The position numbers and the translations under genes were made by a program. The notes beneath the pieces were generated by a model. The model was not told the DNA's origin. It saw only the letters and a list, made by a program, of their open reading frames with translations, and did not search any database. This document shows, piece after piece, positions 46,020-55,014 of a DNA stretch of 64,000 nucleotides (within the stretch, counting starts at the first letter, position 1; each line of letters begins with the position of its first letter). Origin of the DNA: a virus; IMG/VR virus record IMGVR_UViG_3300037247_001689, positions 52,333-116,332 of that record. One strand, 5' to 3'.

Positions 46020-46409
46020 ATGAGAAAATTATTTTTATTATTAATATTTATGATCGCATCTAATCTCTCAGCACATGAGAATTATGTCTACCCAAACATT
46101 GAGCTTAATACTATTGTAGACCGGCAAAAAAGGGAAATATACAATACTGCAACAGTTTACATTCTTGTTGACGCTCACCCAATACATCATATTTTAGGGT
46201 ATAACATCCATGCAAAAACAGGGTTTATGGGATTTGAACTAATAACTTCTGACAGAGTTGTAGCAAGGTTAGGAGGCGGTAAATATGATAAGGATGAGGA
46301 TATCGTTCTTTATACCTCGATTGGATATCTATTAAAAAAATCCCTCGTTATATCATTTTCAACATACGGTGGTCATTTACCATCGCTTGATATTAAATAT
46401 ATTTATTAA
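46020..46409 (+). CDS. secreted, possibly outer-membrane beta-strand protein
   Basis: signal peptide; amphipathic strands; C-terminal IKYIY. Confidence 0.55.
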   Translation: MRKLFLLLIFMIASNLSAHENYVYPNIELNTIVDRQKREIYNTATVYILVDAHPIHHILGYNIHAKTGFMGFELITSDRVVARLGGGKYDKDEDIVLYTSIGYLLKKSLVISFSTYGGHLPSLDIKYIY

Positions 46410-46417
46410 AGGATATT

Positions 46418-46642
46418 ATGAAAAATACGATAGAAGAAATGAAGAGACTATGGCCGGACATTGAATTTTTAATAATGGACAACCCGCCGAATTTGGACGT
46501 GTGGACAAGTGAAGGTGACTACAGAACAATAAAAAAAATAATACAAGACGGATTGACTATGCCTTATAAGGTAAATGTTATAATTAGCCCAGATGTTTTA
46601 AAAGAAGAAATGAAGAAAACGGAATCAAATCAACAACAATAA
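46418..46642 (+). CDS. hypothetical protein
   Basis: AAAGGA RBS. Confidence 0.55.
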   Translation: MKNTIEEMKRLWPDIEFLIMDNPPNLDVWTSEGDYRTIKKIIQDGLTMPYKVNVIISPDVLKEEMKKTESNQQQ

Positions 46643-46664
46643 AATAACATAAACAAAGGACACA

Positions 46665-46928
46665 ATGGAACTATACCACGCAACAACAGAAAAGAAAGCT
46701 AAAAAATACAGGAAAACAGGCCATATTAAAAAACCAGTCAGAGGTTTTACGACAATTCAAGCTGCCATGGCATGGGCAATGAAAGTTAATAGGACGGTTA
46801 TTTACAAATTCCATGCAAGTGACCCACATAAGCTTCCAGATCATCATAATAAATTTGGTGAGGCTTGGTGGAATGATGGTGATGTTGAAGATTTTAACTG
46901 TGTTTTTAGTGCTACTAAGGATGCTTAA
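46665..46928 (+). CDS. small protein with ART-like LYHAT motif
   Basis: LYHATT...VRGFTT. Confidence 0.5.
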   Translation: MELYHATTEKKAKKYRKTGHIKKPVRGFTTIQAAMAWAMKVNRTVIYKFHASDPHKLPDHHNKFGEAWWNDGDVEDFNCVFSATKDA

Positions 46929-46949
46929 TAATATTTAATAAAGGACATT

Positions 46950-47360
46950 ATGGAAGAAACAGACCTAATACAACGAATTTTAGACACGGACGAAAAGCCA
47001 CCAACTGAAATAGATTATGATCATTTATTTTGGTTGCTCATGAACAGAGATATCCATAATTATCTAATGTGCAATACTAAAGGTAGAGAGGATGGATACG
47101 CTAAAGCAACCTATCATGGTAACTTGTGTGATATATTTTGTGCATGTCTATTTAAATGTGAAATAGACGAAATATTAGGTTGGTCACATACCTCACATAT
47201 AAGAAAACTACACGAAGAATCTCAATCACTAACTAATCATTTAGGTACTGAAATAGGATTCGACCGGAAAGATGAAGACCCTGATTATGACAAATACGCT
47301 AGATTATTTTTTGATAAGTTTCTTAAAATAGCAATGAGTACTATTCAGAAAACAACATGA
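46950..47360 (+). CDS. hypothetical protein
   Basis: AAAGGA RBS, 136 aa. Confidence 0.6.
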   Translation: MEETDLIQRILDTDEKPPTEIDYDHLFWLLMNRDIHNYLMCNTKGREDGYAKATYHGNLCDIFCACLFKCEIDEILGWSHTSHIRKLHEESQSLTNHLGTEIGFDRKDEDPDYDKYARLFFDKFLKIAMSTIQKTT

Positions 47361-47373
47361 ACAAAGAGGTATT

Positions 47374-47613
47374 ATGGAATATACAGACAAAGAAATATGC
47401 AGCGTTTTACCAGAAATTGCAAAAATAAGCCGTGACCTATACGATAACGATGCGGATTTTAAAAAAGAAGTTGAAACGTTTACAAAGTGCATAACCGATA
47501 AGGTTGACGAGTTGATATCAGAAAACGGAACGATTAAAGCCAATGCCTTAATATTGGCGTGTTTTGGAACAATAAAATCAGTTTGTAAAAATGTAACTCC
47601 TATAGAGGAATAA
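47374..47613 (+). CDS. hypothetical protein
   Basis: GAGG RBS. Confidence 0.55.
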   Translation: MEYTDKEICSVLPEIAKISRDLYDNDADFKKEVETFTKCITDKVDELISENGTIKANALILACFGTIKSVCKNVTPIEE

Positions 47614-48038
47614 TGGACGACAACATATTGGATTTAGGCGAATTCAAATTAAAAAAGAAAAACATATATTCCCGTGACGGTAACTGCAGACATATTAATC
47701 TAGTTGCTGATGATATTGGTGAAACAATAGTATGTGATGATTGCGGTCTTCAGGTGTCTGCTTTTTGGGCGTTAATGAAATATTGCAGGAATGTCAAAAA
47801 ATACAAGGAAGATTTAAACAGAAGATCGAGAATTTTAAAAGAACTTGAAAGTAAAACAATCACTCTAAAAGCTGCATTGCAAGTCGAAAAAGCATGGAGA
47901 AGAAGAAACTCAGTTCCTACTTGCCCACATTGTCACGAGGGAATTTTACCGACTGATGGTTTTGGTGGAGCGTCGAGGTCGAAAGACTATGAAATGCAAC
48001 TTAGGAAATTTAAGGATAAGGATAAAGGTAAACTATGA
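47613..48038 (+). CDS. Zn-finger hypothetical protein
   Basis: CRH..CDDC..CPHC. Confidence 0.65.
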   Translation: MDDNILDLGEFKLKKKNIYSRDGNCRHINLVADDIGETIVCDDCGLQVSAFWALMKYCRNVKKYKEDLNRRSRILKELESKTITLKAALQVEKAWRRRNSVPTCPHCHEGILPTDGFGGASRSKDYEMQLRKFKDKDKGKL

Positions 48039-49102
48039 TTAAATTATATCAAGGAAACTGTCTAACGGTTTTGAAAACCTTAGAACCTGAATCAATTAAT
48101 TGCTGTGTAACTTCACCGCCTTATTTCGGACTTCGCGATTATGGCGTTGATGGGCAATTAGGTTTAGAAAAAACACCTGAAGAATTTGTCGAAAATCTTG
48201 TAAAAGTTTTCAGGGAAACTAAACGAGTGTTAAAGGATGATGGCACACTTTGGTTAAACCTTGGTGATTCATACGCTGCTAATGGCGGTCATAAACAATC
48301 CGCCGGAAATAAACAAAATACAAATAAGGGCAGTATTAAACATGAAGTTAGAAAGCCAAGTCCCGGATTAAAACAAAAAGATTTAATCGGTATTCCTTGG
48401 CGTGTAGCCTTCGCACTTCAAGCTGATGGATGGTATTTAAGACAAGATATAATATGGAGTAAACCAAACCCAATGCCGGAGTCGGTAAAAGACCGCTGTA
48501 CTAAATCGCATGAATATATTTTTCTGTTCAGTAAATCCCCTAAGTATTATTATGATTACGAAGCTATAAAAGAACCTGCGATTTGTGGTAACAATGGATC
48601 AAAATTTGACACAGGAAAAACGGGAATTAATAAAGATCGAAATTGGAAAAAGCGGCCGTCAGCAAAAAAAGGAAGCTTCAACGGAAAAACAGAAGCAATG
48701 GCAAATACTGGTCAAAATGCATTTAGATCCGTTGTTGATAAGAGAAATAAAAGGGATGTTTGGGAAATAGAAGATCATAATTCCCTTATTCAATGGCTTT
48801 CAGAAACGAATCCAGAACTACTTAATGAATATTTTGATACAACTCCTGATGTCTGGAAAATTGCAACAAAACCGTATAAAGAAGCACATTTCGCAACTTT
48901 TCCACCTGATTTAATAAAACCTTGTATTCTTGCAGGTTGTCCAGAAGGAGGAGTCGTTTTAGATACATTTATGGGATCCGGTACCGTGGGTGAAGTTTCA
49001 AAAATAAACAACCGTAGCTTTAAAGGAATCGAATTAAACCCAGAATATTTAAAATTATCTGAAAAACGAATTGGAAAAGCAAACTATCAACTAGGATTCT
49101 AA
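48035..49102 (+). CDS. DNA N4-cytosine/N6-adenine methyltransferase (beta class)
   Basis: TSPPYFGLRDY, IIWSKPNPMPESVKDR, HFATFP, VLDTFMGSGT. Confidence 0.95.
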   Translation: MIKLYQGNCLTVLKTLEPESINCCVTSPPYFGLRDYGVDGQLGLEKTPEEFVENLVKVFRETKRVLKDDGTLWLNLGDSYAANGGHKQSAGNKQNTNKGSIKHEVRKPSPGLKQKDLIGIPWRVAFALQADGWYLRQDIIWSKPNPMPESVKDRCTKSHEYIFLFSKSPKYYYDYEAIKEPAICGNNGSKFDTGKTGINKDRNWKKRPSAKKGSFNGKTEAMANTGQNAFRSVVDKRNKRDVWEIEDHNSLIQWLSETNPELLNEYFDTTPDVWKIATKPYKEAHFATFPPDLIKPCILAGCPEGGVVLDTFMGSGTVGEVSKINNRSFKGIELNPEYLKLSEKRIGKANYQLGF

Positions 49103-49732
49103 ATGAAATTCCCCGAAAAGCTAACCGATATAATGAGAGTTAAAAACATTACAGCACAGGACATTTCAAAATTAAGTTTCAGAAAATTATCCAGAGATTT
49201 AGTGGTATCATTTAAAAAAGGTGATGCCATACCAACACCATATCAATTGAAATTGTTAAGTAAGATACTAGGAATTGATATGGAACTATTCTTAAACGAT
49301 ACTCCCGATCATCAATTACCTGTCAGACAACTTGGGATACAAATCACAGAATTTGGTAAGGTGAGTAAGATTAATAAGCCAGGTAAGAAGATAAAATCTG
49401 GTAAGATTAAAAATTCAATTACACGGCACCATAAAATTCCGAAGCCAGGTGAATTACTATGCAGTCATTGTTTTCAAATAGACGAAAGATGCCGATACAG
49501 TCATCCCGAAGACGAAGAAATCAAACTAATGTTTGGGAATCCCGGAACCGGTGGAAAATCACCAGACGAAATTGTTGCACTTTTATGCTTGAAATGCACT
49601 GCTATTCTCGATGCAAAACCCCCTAAAAACGCCAGCAGATTGATAAAAGATGAACATACAATTCTTTGGGCGAAGGCGATCATTTTTACACAGGCAATGC
49701 GAATCGCCGAACTTGAAAATAAAAATAAATAA
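49103..49732 (+). CDS. XRE-HTH fused to Cys-rich nuclease-like domain
   Basis: N-terminal HTH; CSHC...GTGGKSPD....LC.KC. Confidence 0.55.
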   Translation: MKFPEKLTDIMRVKNITAQDISKLSFRKLSRDLVVSFKKGDAIPTPYQLKLLSKILGIDMELFLNDTPDHQLPVRQLGIQITEFGKVSKINKPGKKIKSGKIKNSITRHHKIPKPGELLCSHCFQIDERCRYSHPEDEEIKLMFGNPGTGGKSPDEIVALLCLKCTAILDAKPPKNASRLIKDEHTILWAKAIIFTQAMRIAELENKNK

Positions 49733-49810
49733 AATATTGACTTAATGCGTAATGTGATTAATAATCTAATTAACATTTTAAAGTAGAATTAATTTAACAA
49801 GGTAATGCAT

Positions 49811-50068
49811 ATGGTAGTTACTATTGATAAAATAGAGGAATTTAGGACAGATCTTAAGCATAAGATTGAAAAAGCTGTCAAATTTCTAAAGTGGGACCGC
49901 ATGAAATTAGCGGAGGAATACGGAAATCATGAGCGGCAATCAACTTATTCCAGAGCCACGATAACACAGCTTGCAAATGTTTGGGCTGGCAGAGAAAAAG
50001 ATTCTCAAAAAATGTATGATTTTCTCGCTGAAAAAGTTGAAGAAAAAAAGGAAGGTAAACAATGGTAG
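49811..50068 (+). CDS. putative HTH protein
   Basis: 87-aa track ORF; helical; follows an AT-rich promoter-like gap (TTGACT 49737). Confidence 0.5.
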   Translation: MVVTIDKIEEFRTDLKHKIEKAVKFLKWDRMKLAEEYGNHERQSTYSRATITQLANVWAGREKDSQKMYDFLAEKVEEKKEGKQW

Positions 50069-51087
50069 CAATTCACGAACAAGTTATCAACCTTGAAGAA
50101 AAAGACCTGAAAGATTTCAAGCCAGAAGTAGGCAAGATTTATTCAGGACTTCCAAACGAGTTGTACCATAAGCAATCAGATTCCGAAAGCTCCACGACTG
50201 TCAAGGAGTTGAATGTCTCTTTAAAACACCGTGAAGATATGGAATTTAAACATACGGAAGCAATGGCAATGGGATCATTATTTCATGATTCAATGGAAGC
50301 CTTAAGGACTGGTCAGGATTTATCTGAATTATCAGCGGTAATTGATAATTATGGGAAGTCAAAAAAAGAAGATGCTGCAAATTTTATTCTGAAATATTAT
50401 CCAATGGTTTTTGGTAATGAGTATGAAAAAGATTTAGACGAAATGCAAGCAATTTCAAGAAGTGATTTGCATGATGTTGCGGCAGGATTAGAAAGACGCT
50501 TCTTATCTGGTAAAAACAAAGTCACCACTGAAAACTTTGACCGCTCAGAATTAATGGTTGAAGCAATCAGAAATCATCCTGCAGCCGGAAAGATAATTGA
50601 ATTAAAAGGCAGTGCTGAATTATCATTTTTTACTGAAGTGATTATTGATATTGATGGTGAGAAAATAGCAATTAAAATCAGAGTCAGACCGGATGATTTA
50701 ATCGAATTTGAAGATCAAATCTGGATTATCGATTGGAAATCAATAGGTGAATACGCCACTGAAAAGAATATTAAAAAAGCACTATGGCGATATCGATATG
50801 ATATTCAAGCGGCAATGTATCAGGACGCTCTAACTCATTTCACCGATAAACCAGTCCATTTCAGGTTTGTGTTTGCTGAATCAAACAAACCGGCAAAAGA
50901 AAAAGTCAGGATCGTTCAACTTCCTGAATGGGATTTAGAATCAGGCTGGCAAGATTATAGAAATGCACTGACAAAAAAAGCACAATTCATTCATGATCAA
51001 TCGATCTGGAAAGGCTTTGATATTCCAAAAGATGGAATTGATATCATTCAAATGCGTAATGAGCCATACGGAGAAAACAGATGGTAA
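50062..51087 (+). CDS. RecE/exonuclease VIII-like PD-(D/E)xK nuclease
   Basis: NELYH, S.T..K, MGSLFH, AELSFF, RVRPD, IIDWKS, YDIQAAMY. Confidence 0.9.
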   Translation: MVAIHEQVINLEEKDLKDFKPEVGKIYSGLPNELYHKQSDSESSTTVKELNVSLKHREDMEFKHTEAMAMGSLFHDSMEALRTGQDLSELSAVIDNYGKSKKEDAANFILKYYPMVFGNEYEKDLDEMQAISRSDLHDVAAGLERRFLSGKNKVTTENFDRSELMVEAIRNHPAAGKIIELKGSAELSFFTEVIIDIDGEKIAIKIRVRPDDLIEFEDQIWIIDWKSIGEYATEKNIKKALWRYRYDIQAAMYQDALTHFTDKPVHFRFVFAESNKPAKEKVRIVQLPEWDLESGWQDYRNALTKKAQFIHDQSIWKGFDIPKDGIDIIQMRNEPYGENRW

Positions 51088-52106
51088 ATCAATCAAAAGA
51101 AGTTAAAAAAAGAGAAATACAAGGGCCTATCCAGATTCCACTAGAATTGATGGAGAGTATGCAGGCAACATTAGATTTATGTGTTCCTGCGACGTCAAAG
51201 GCTGTTCAAACCATTAATGATTCATTGGTAATTGCCAATGGGTTAAATTCACTCAGAGAATTTTTCCAGAATAAAGAAGTTAAAAAACTTGTAACAACAA
51301 TGCAGGATACCAGCGTCGGGTTTTTGACTGATAGGTCACCAGAAGGGTTAAAATGGTCAAACATGGGGAAAACGGGAAAATATCTGAAAGAACCATATAC
51401 ATATGATGAGGTAGTCGAAGCTTTAATGCCTCCGATGCTGGAAGGTTATAGATTTACAGGTAATGAAATTAATATCATTGCAGCTAACGGAATGCCGGTA
51501 AAAAAAGGTAAATACAGAAAAGTAACCGAACTTGTTGACGGATTTTCACACTCAATTGGTGGGCCAACAAAAGAAGGCGCAGTTGCAAAGATGAAATGTA
51601 GAGCTAGTTGGGTGACTAAAGAAGGGGAAAAGCAATCAATTGGGTATGACCCTGATTTATGTATCATCCATGTTGAATTTACTAAACGTAGTGGAATTGA
51701 TATGTTAATCGGCCTCGCTGAAAGCAAATTATTGTCAAGAGTTTTGACTCGTATTTCAGGAAAATTAGTAATTGAAGGTGATATACATTCAGACGAAACC
51801 ACCCCAACTGATGTAACACCAGAAACGAAGCCAAAAGCAACAAATATTATGGCAGGTGATGTTCAACAACCAGAAAAGAAACCAGTTGAAAAGCCAAAAG
51901 TATCATTTGTTGAAAAACTGGGAGTTGTTGTTGATGACAAAGATTATGCAAAAGTCATTCAGGAATTATTAAAAGAAGGAGCAATTAAAACGCCGGATAA
52001 AGACCAAAACGTTTTAAGAACCAAAGATGAAAATCTGGCAACTGAATTGTTCAATATAATTGAAGACAGAAAAGATCTGCATGATTCATCCAAAAATGAC
52101 GAATAA
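51081..52106 (+). CDS. putative single-strand annealing (RecT-like) recombinase
   Basis: directly after the RecE-like gene; GFLTDR, GNEINII motifs. Confidence 0.55.
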   Translation: MVNQSKEVKKREIQGPIQIPLELMESMQATLDLCVPATSKAVQTINDSLVIANGLNSLREFFQNKEVKKLVTTMQDTSVGFLTDRSPEGLKWSNMGKTGKYLKEPYTYDEVVEALMPPMLEGYRFTGNEINIIAANGMPVKKGKYRKVTELVDGFSHSIGGPTKEGAVAKMKCRASWVTKEGEKQSIGYDPDLCIIHVEFTKRSGIDMLIGLAESKLLSRVLTRISGKLVIEGDIHSDETTPTDVTPETKPKATNIMAGDVQQPEKKPVEKPKVSFVEKLGVVVDDKDYAKVIQELLKEGAIKTPDKDQNVLRTKDENLATELFNIIEDRKDLHDSSKNDE

Positions 52107-52110
52107 AATC

Positions 52111-52137
52111 GAGTTGTAAAGTAATCCTTTACAACTC
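52111..52137. other. intergenic hairpin
   Basis: GAGTTGTAAAG/CTTTACAACTC, perfect 11 bp. Confidence 0.65.
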
Positions 52138-52160
52138 ATTAACAAAGATCAGGAGACGGA

Positions 52161-53951
52161 ATGCAAGTAGTAAACAAACAGAATGCAGTAGTATTTGAAT
52201 TAGTGATCAGCAATTTTAAGGGCATCGAAGTTTTTGCCCACATATTTACAAAAGGGGAACCGCTTATTGTTTTTGGTGACAACGGGGCGGGTAAAACAGC
52301 CATAATTCTTGCCCTTTATGCTGCACTTGATAAACGGAAAATACCTATTAAATACGATAGCTTGGTTGGTCCATATTCAATTGATGCTATTAAGAAAGCG
52401 AAGGTTAAGCTCGGCATTGAAGGTGATAGTGGCATCATGGAACTCAACGGAAAGACACTGGAAAAATTCTATGTAAATTTCAGTATAACAGCCAGCGGGA
52501 CAGTTAATTTAAGCCTTACAGATGCAATTACAGGAGAAGTTGACAAATCCCCCTCAAAAGAAAAAATTAAGAATTTATTGGGACTTTTCCTCGATCCGGT
52601 TGATTTAGCCGCAACTCTCGAAGAACCACACGGTGACCGTAAAATGGCTGAGAAATTAGCAGCGATGGTCGGACTTGATTTAAGCCCTTATGTAAAACGT
52701 GAAGAAGCTCTTTTTGCGGAAAAACAGGAAGAAAATGTTACCAGAAAAATTCTGAAAGGTAAATTTGCAGACCTTGATAAACCCCAAGATGATTGGCCGA
52801 CTAAATATATTGATCCTGCTTCCATTTCCGGTAAACTTCAGAAACTAAATGAATTTAATACCAAGGAAGAAGAAAAGATAAGAACAATTAAATTATCGCT
52901 TAATGAATACACACTGGCAGTCGAAACCAAAGATAAAATTGCTGATGAAATATTAACGACAAGTGATAATGTCATCGTTTCTAAAAAAGACTTTGATGGA
53001 AAAACAGAAAAGCTTTCAAACGATAAAGTGTTATTCGAACAGCTTAAGACAGAACATAAACCGGAAGGATGGCTTGATATCCAGAGTGCTGAAAAAATCG
53101 ATGAAGAAATAAGATTACTGACAGAAAAGGCGCATAAGATGAGAGCGTATGACAAAGCAATATCAGAGCGTACAAATTCGATTATCATCGCTACGGAAAA
53201 AGTAAGCCAGTCTAAAAAATCTTTCGATGAAAAGTCAGAACTTCATAAAAACAAAAAGCTTGAAAAAACAAAGCATGATGGAATTGTCGCCGATAAAAAA
53301 GAATCTTCTGAAAAAGTAACTGAAGAAAACAAACCCCTTGATTGGTCCGGTGAAAAAGATCCAGAAGGAATCAAAACACCACTTCAGTTTTTAACTGATA
53401 AAATGGCAACTGTTGAGAAAGACAATATCCAGGTTAATAACGCAAAAAAATACTATGAAGATGAAGAAGGTATTAAACTAGTTGAAAAATCCATCAAAGA
53501 TATCGATGCTAAACGAGCGCAAAACACCAACGAAAAACTGGCCAAGGTTTCCAGCGTTGATTTCCCAATGGAAGGAATAACCGTTGATGAGAATACAGTC
53601 TGGTATGATTCAAATGATGGCAGAGGAAAACAAACGATTCTAGACCGGTCAGAAGGTGAGAGAATGAGAATCTGTACTCATATTCTAATTGCTGGCAATA
53701 CTGGACCACTGAATGTAATTGTAGTTCGTCAGGGTCACGCGCTCAGTCAAAGAAGCCAAGAAATCATTTTCGAAGTTGCGGCTGAGTACGGATATACTGT
53801 CATTCTTGAAACAATTATTGCTGAACGTCCAGGCGCAGTTAAAATCGTGGCGGGTAATATCGGGAGTATTATTCCTCCAAAATTAGTATCAGATGAACCG
53901 GTGGAAGAAAAAAAGGACGAAGATGATTCCTTTCCAAAAATGAACTGGTAG
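52161..53951 (+). CDS. SMC/Rad50-like ATPase with coiled coil
   Basis: ISNFKGI, Walker A GDNGAGKT, long coiled coil, SEGE signature. Confidence 0.85.
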   Translation: MQVVNKQNAVVFELVISNFKGIEVFAHIFTKGEPLIVFGDNGAGKTAIILALYAALDKRKIPIKYDSLVGPYSIDAIKKAKVKLGIEGDSGIMELNGKTLEKFYVNFSITASGTVNLSLTDAITGEVDKSPSKEKIKNLLGLFLDPVDLAATLEEPHGDRKMAEKLAAMVGLDLSPYVKREEALFAEKQEENVTRKILKGKFADLDKPQDDWPTKYIDPASISGKLQKLNEFNTKEEEKIRTIKLSLNEYTLAVETKDKIADEILTTSDNVIVSKKDFDGKTEKLSNDKVLFEQLKTEHKPEGWLDIQSAEKIDEEIRLLTEKAHKMRAYDKAISERTNSIIIATEKVSQSKKSFDEKSELHKNKKLEKTKHDGIVADKKESSEKVTEENKPLDWSGEKDPEGIKTPLQFLTDKMATVEKDNIQVNNAKKYYEDEEGIKLVEKSIKDIDAKRAQNTNEKLAKVSSVDFPMEGITVDENTVWYDSNDGRGKQTILDRSEGERMRICTHILIAGNTGPLNVIVVRQGHALSQRSQEIIFEVAAEYGYTVILETIIAERPGAVKIVAGNIGSIIPPKLVSDEPVEEKKDEDDSFPKMNW

Positions 53952-53962
53952 TGGATCACTTA

Positions 53963-53994
53963 TGAGTGACAAATTAGTTTGTCACTCACTTTTT
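53963..53994 (+). terminator. intrinsic terminator-like hairpin
   Basis: TGAGTGACAAA/TTTGTCACTCA followed by T5. Confidence 0.65.
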
Positions 53995-54016
53995 AAATTT
54001 AAAAAAATGGAGTAGA

Positions 54017-54601
54017 ATGAAAAAGAAAATTGAATTTGTTGGAAAAAGCAAGTCGTTATCAAACAACGAAAAAGAAAATCTGAAAAAAAGATTAGTTAAT
54101 AATTCATTTGAAAAACGTGAATTGAAAATAAAAAATAAAATACCGGCTTTCTGTGATATGGTATATGCCATTTTTATTGGTAAATATGAAAAAGAACTTT
54201 CAGCAATGCCTGCATGTTGGAAGATATTGAAACAAAATATTAAAATTGCCGGTATTGATAGAAGTTGGGATTCAGAAAAACACATGCCGCTGTTGATGTC
54301 AAAAGAACGTATTTTCCCAAACCTGAGTAATAACGATACACCAAATGTTGATGTAAAAGAGTATCCAAGCGTTCATAATAAAATTGAAAAAATTGATAAT
54401 GAATGGTCAGTTTTAAAGGAGCATAGGTCTCGCGTCAGATATAAAGTTGAAGCTGCACTCGACCAGTTTAAATCATCAAAACAACTTTTTGAAGGATGGC
54501 CGGAAGCTTACGCTGTTTATCTTGAGTTATTTCCACCGGAAGAATTTAAGTATCTTCCAATGATTCCCGTATCTGATTTAAACAAAGAACTTGGACTTTA
54601 A
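54017..54601 (+). CDS. Nmad5-like (nucleotide modification associated domain 5) protein
   Basis: L..F.S.KQL.E.WPEA...LP....LNKELGL C-terminus. Confidence 0.65.
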   Translation: MKKKIEFVGKSKSLSNNEKENLKKRLVNNSFEKRELKIKNKIPAFCDMVYAIFIGKYEKELSAMPACWKILKQNIKIAGIDRSWDSEKHMPLLMSKERIFPNLSNNDTPNVDVKEYPSVHNKIEKIDNEWSVLKEHRSRVRYKVEAALDQFKSSKQLFEGWPEAYAVYLELFPPEEFKYLPMIPVSDLNKELGL

Positions 54602-54619
54602 ACCTCAATCCGGTCAGAA

Positions 54620-54868
54620 ATGGCCGTTTATTTTATGAAAGTTAAATATAAAACAGCAGCGGATTTTGATAAAGAATCGACAGATGCCGCAAACTCACTT
54701 CCAATATTTAAAAAACGTGCTTTCCATAGGGCAATGTTTAGTGACGGCAAAAAACTTGGTGAAGCAAAAGAAATAGCAGGTATTGAAAGCACAGATGTAG
54801 CCGCAAAACTTTTAATTTTAATTCATGATACTGTTTATATTCCTAAAAATCTGGAAGATATAAAATGA
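54620..54868 (+). CDS. hypothetical protein
   Basis: 82-aa ORF. Confidence 0.5.
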   Translation: MAVYFMKVKYKTAADFDKESTDAANSLPIFKKRAFHRAMFSDGKKLGEAKEIAGIESTDVAAKLLILIHDTVYIPKNLEDIK

Positions 54869-55014
54869 ACCCACACACAATCGGACAAATATTTCTTGCT
54901 ATCGTTATTTTACTTGCTTTGTATGGTCTATATAATATAAGTTATAAAATAAAAAGACTATTCATTAAAAGAAGTAGAAGAAATAACGGAATTATCGGGG
55001 ATTACAAGGGATGA
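54865..55014 (+). CDS. small membrane protein (49 aa, not in ORF track)
   Basis: MNPHTIGQIFLAIVILLALYGLY...; ATGA overlaps on both sides. Confidence 0.55.
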   Translation: MNPHTIGQIFLAIVILLALYGLYNISYKIKRLFIKRSRRNNGIIGDYKG

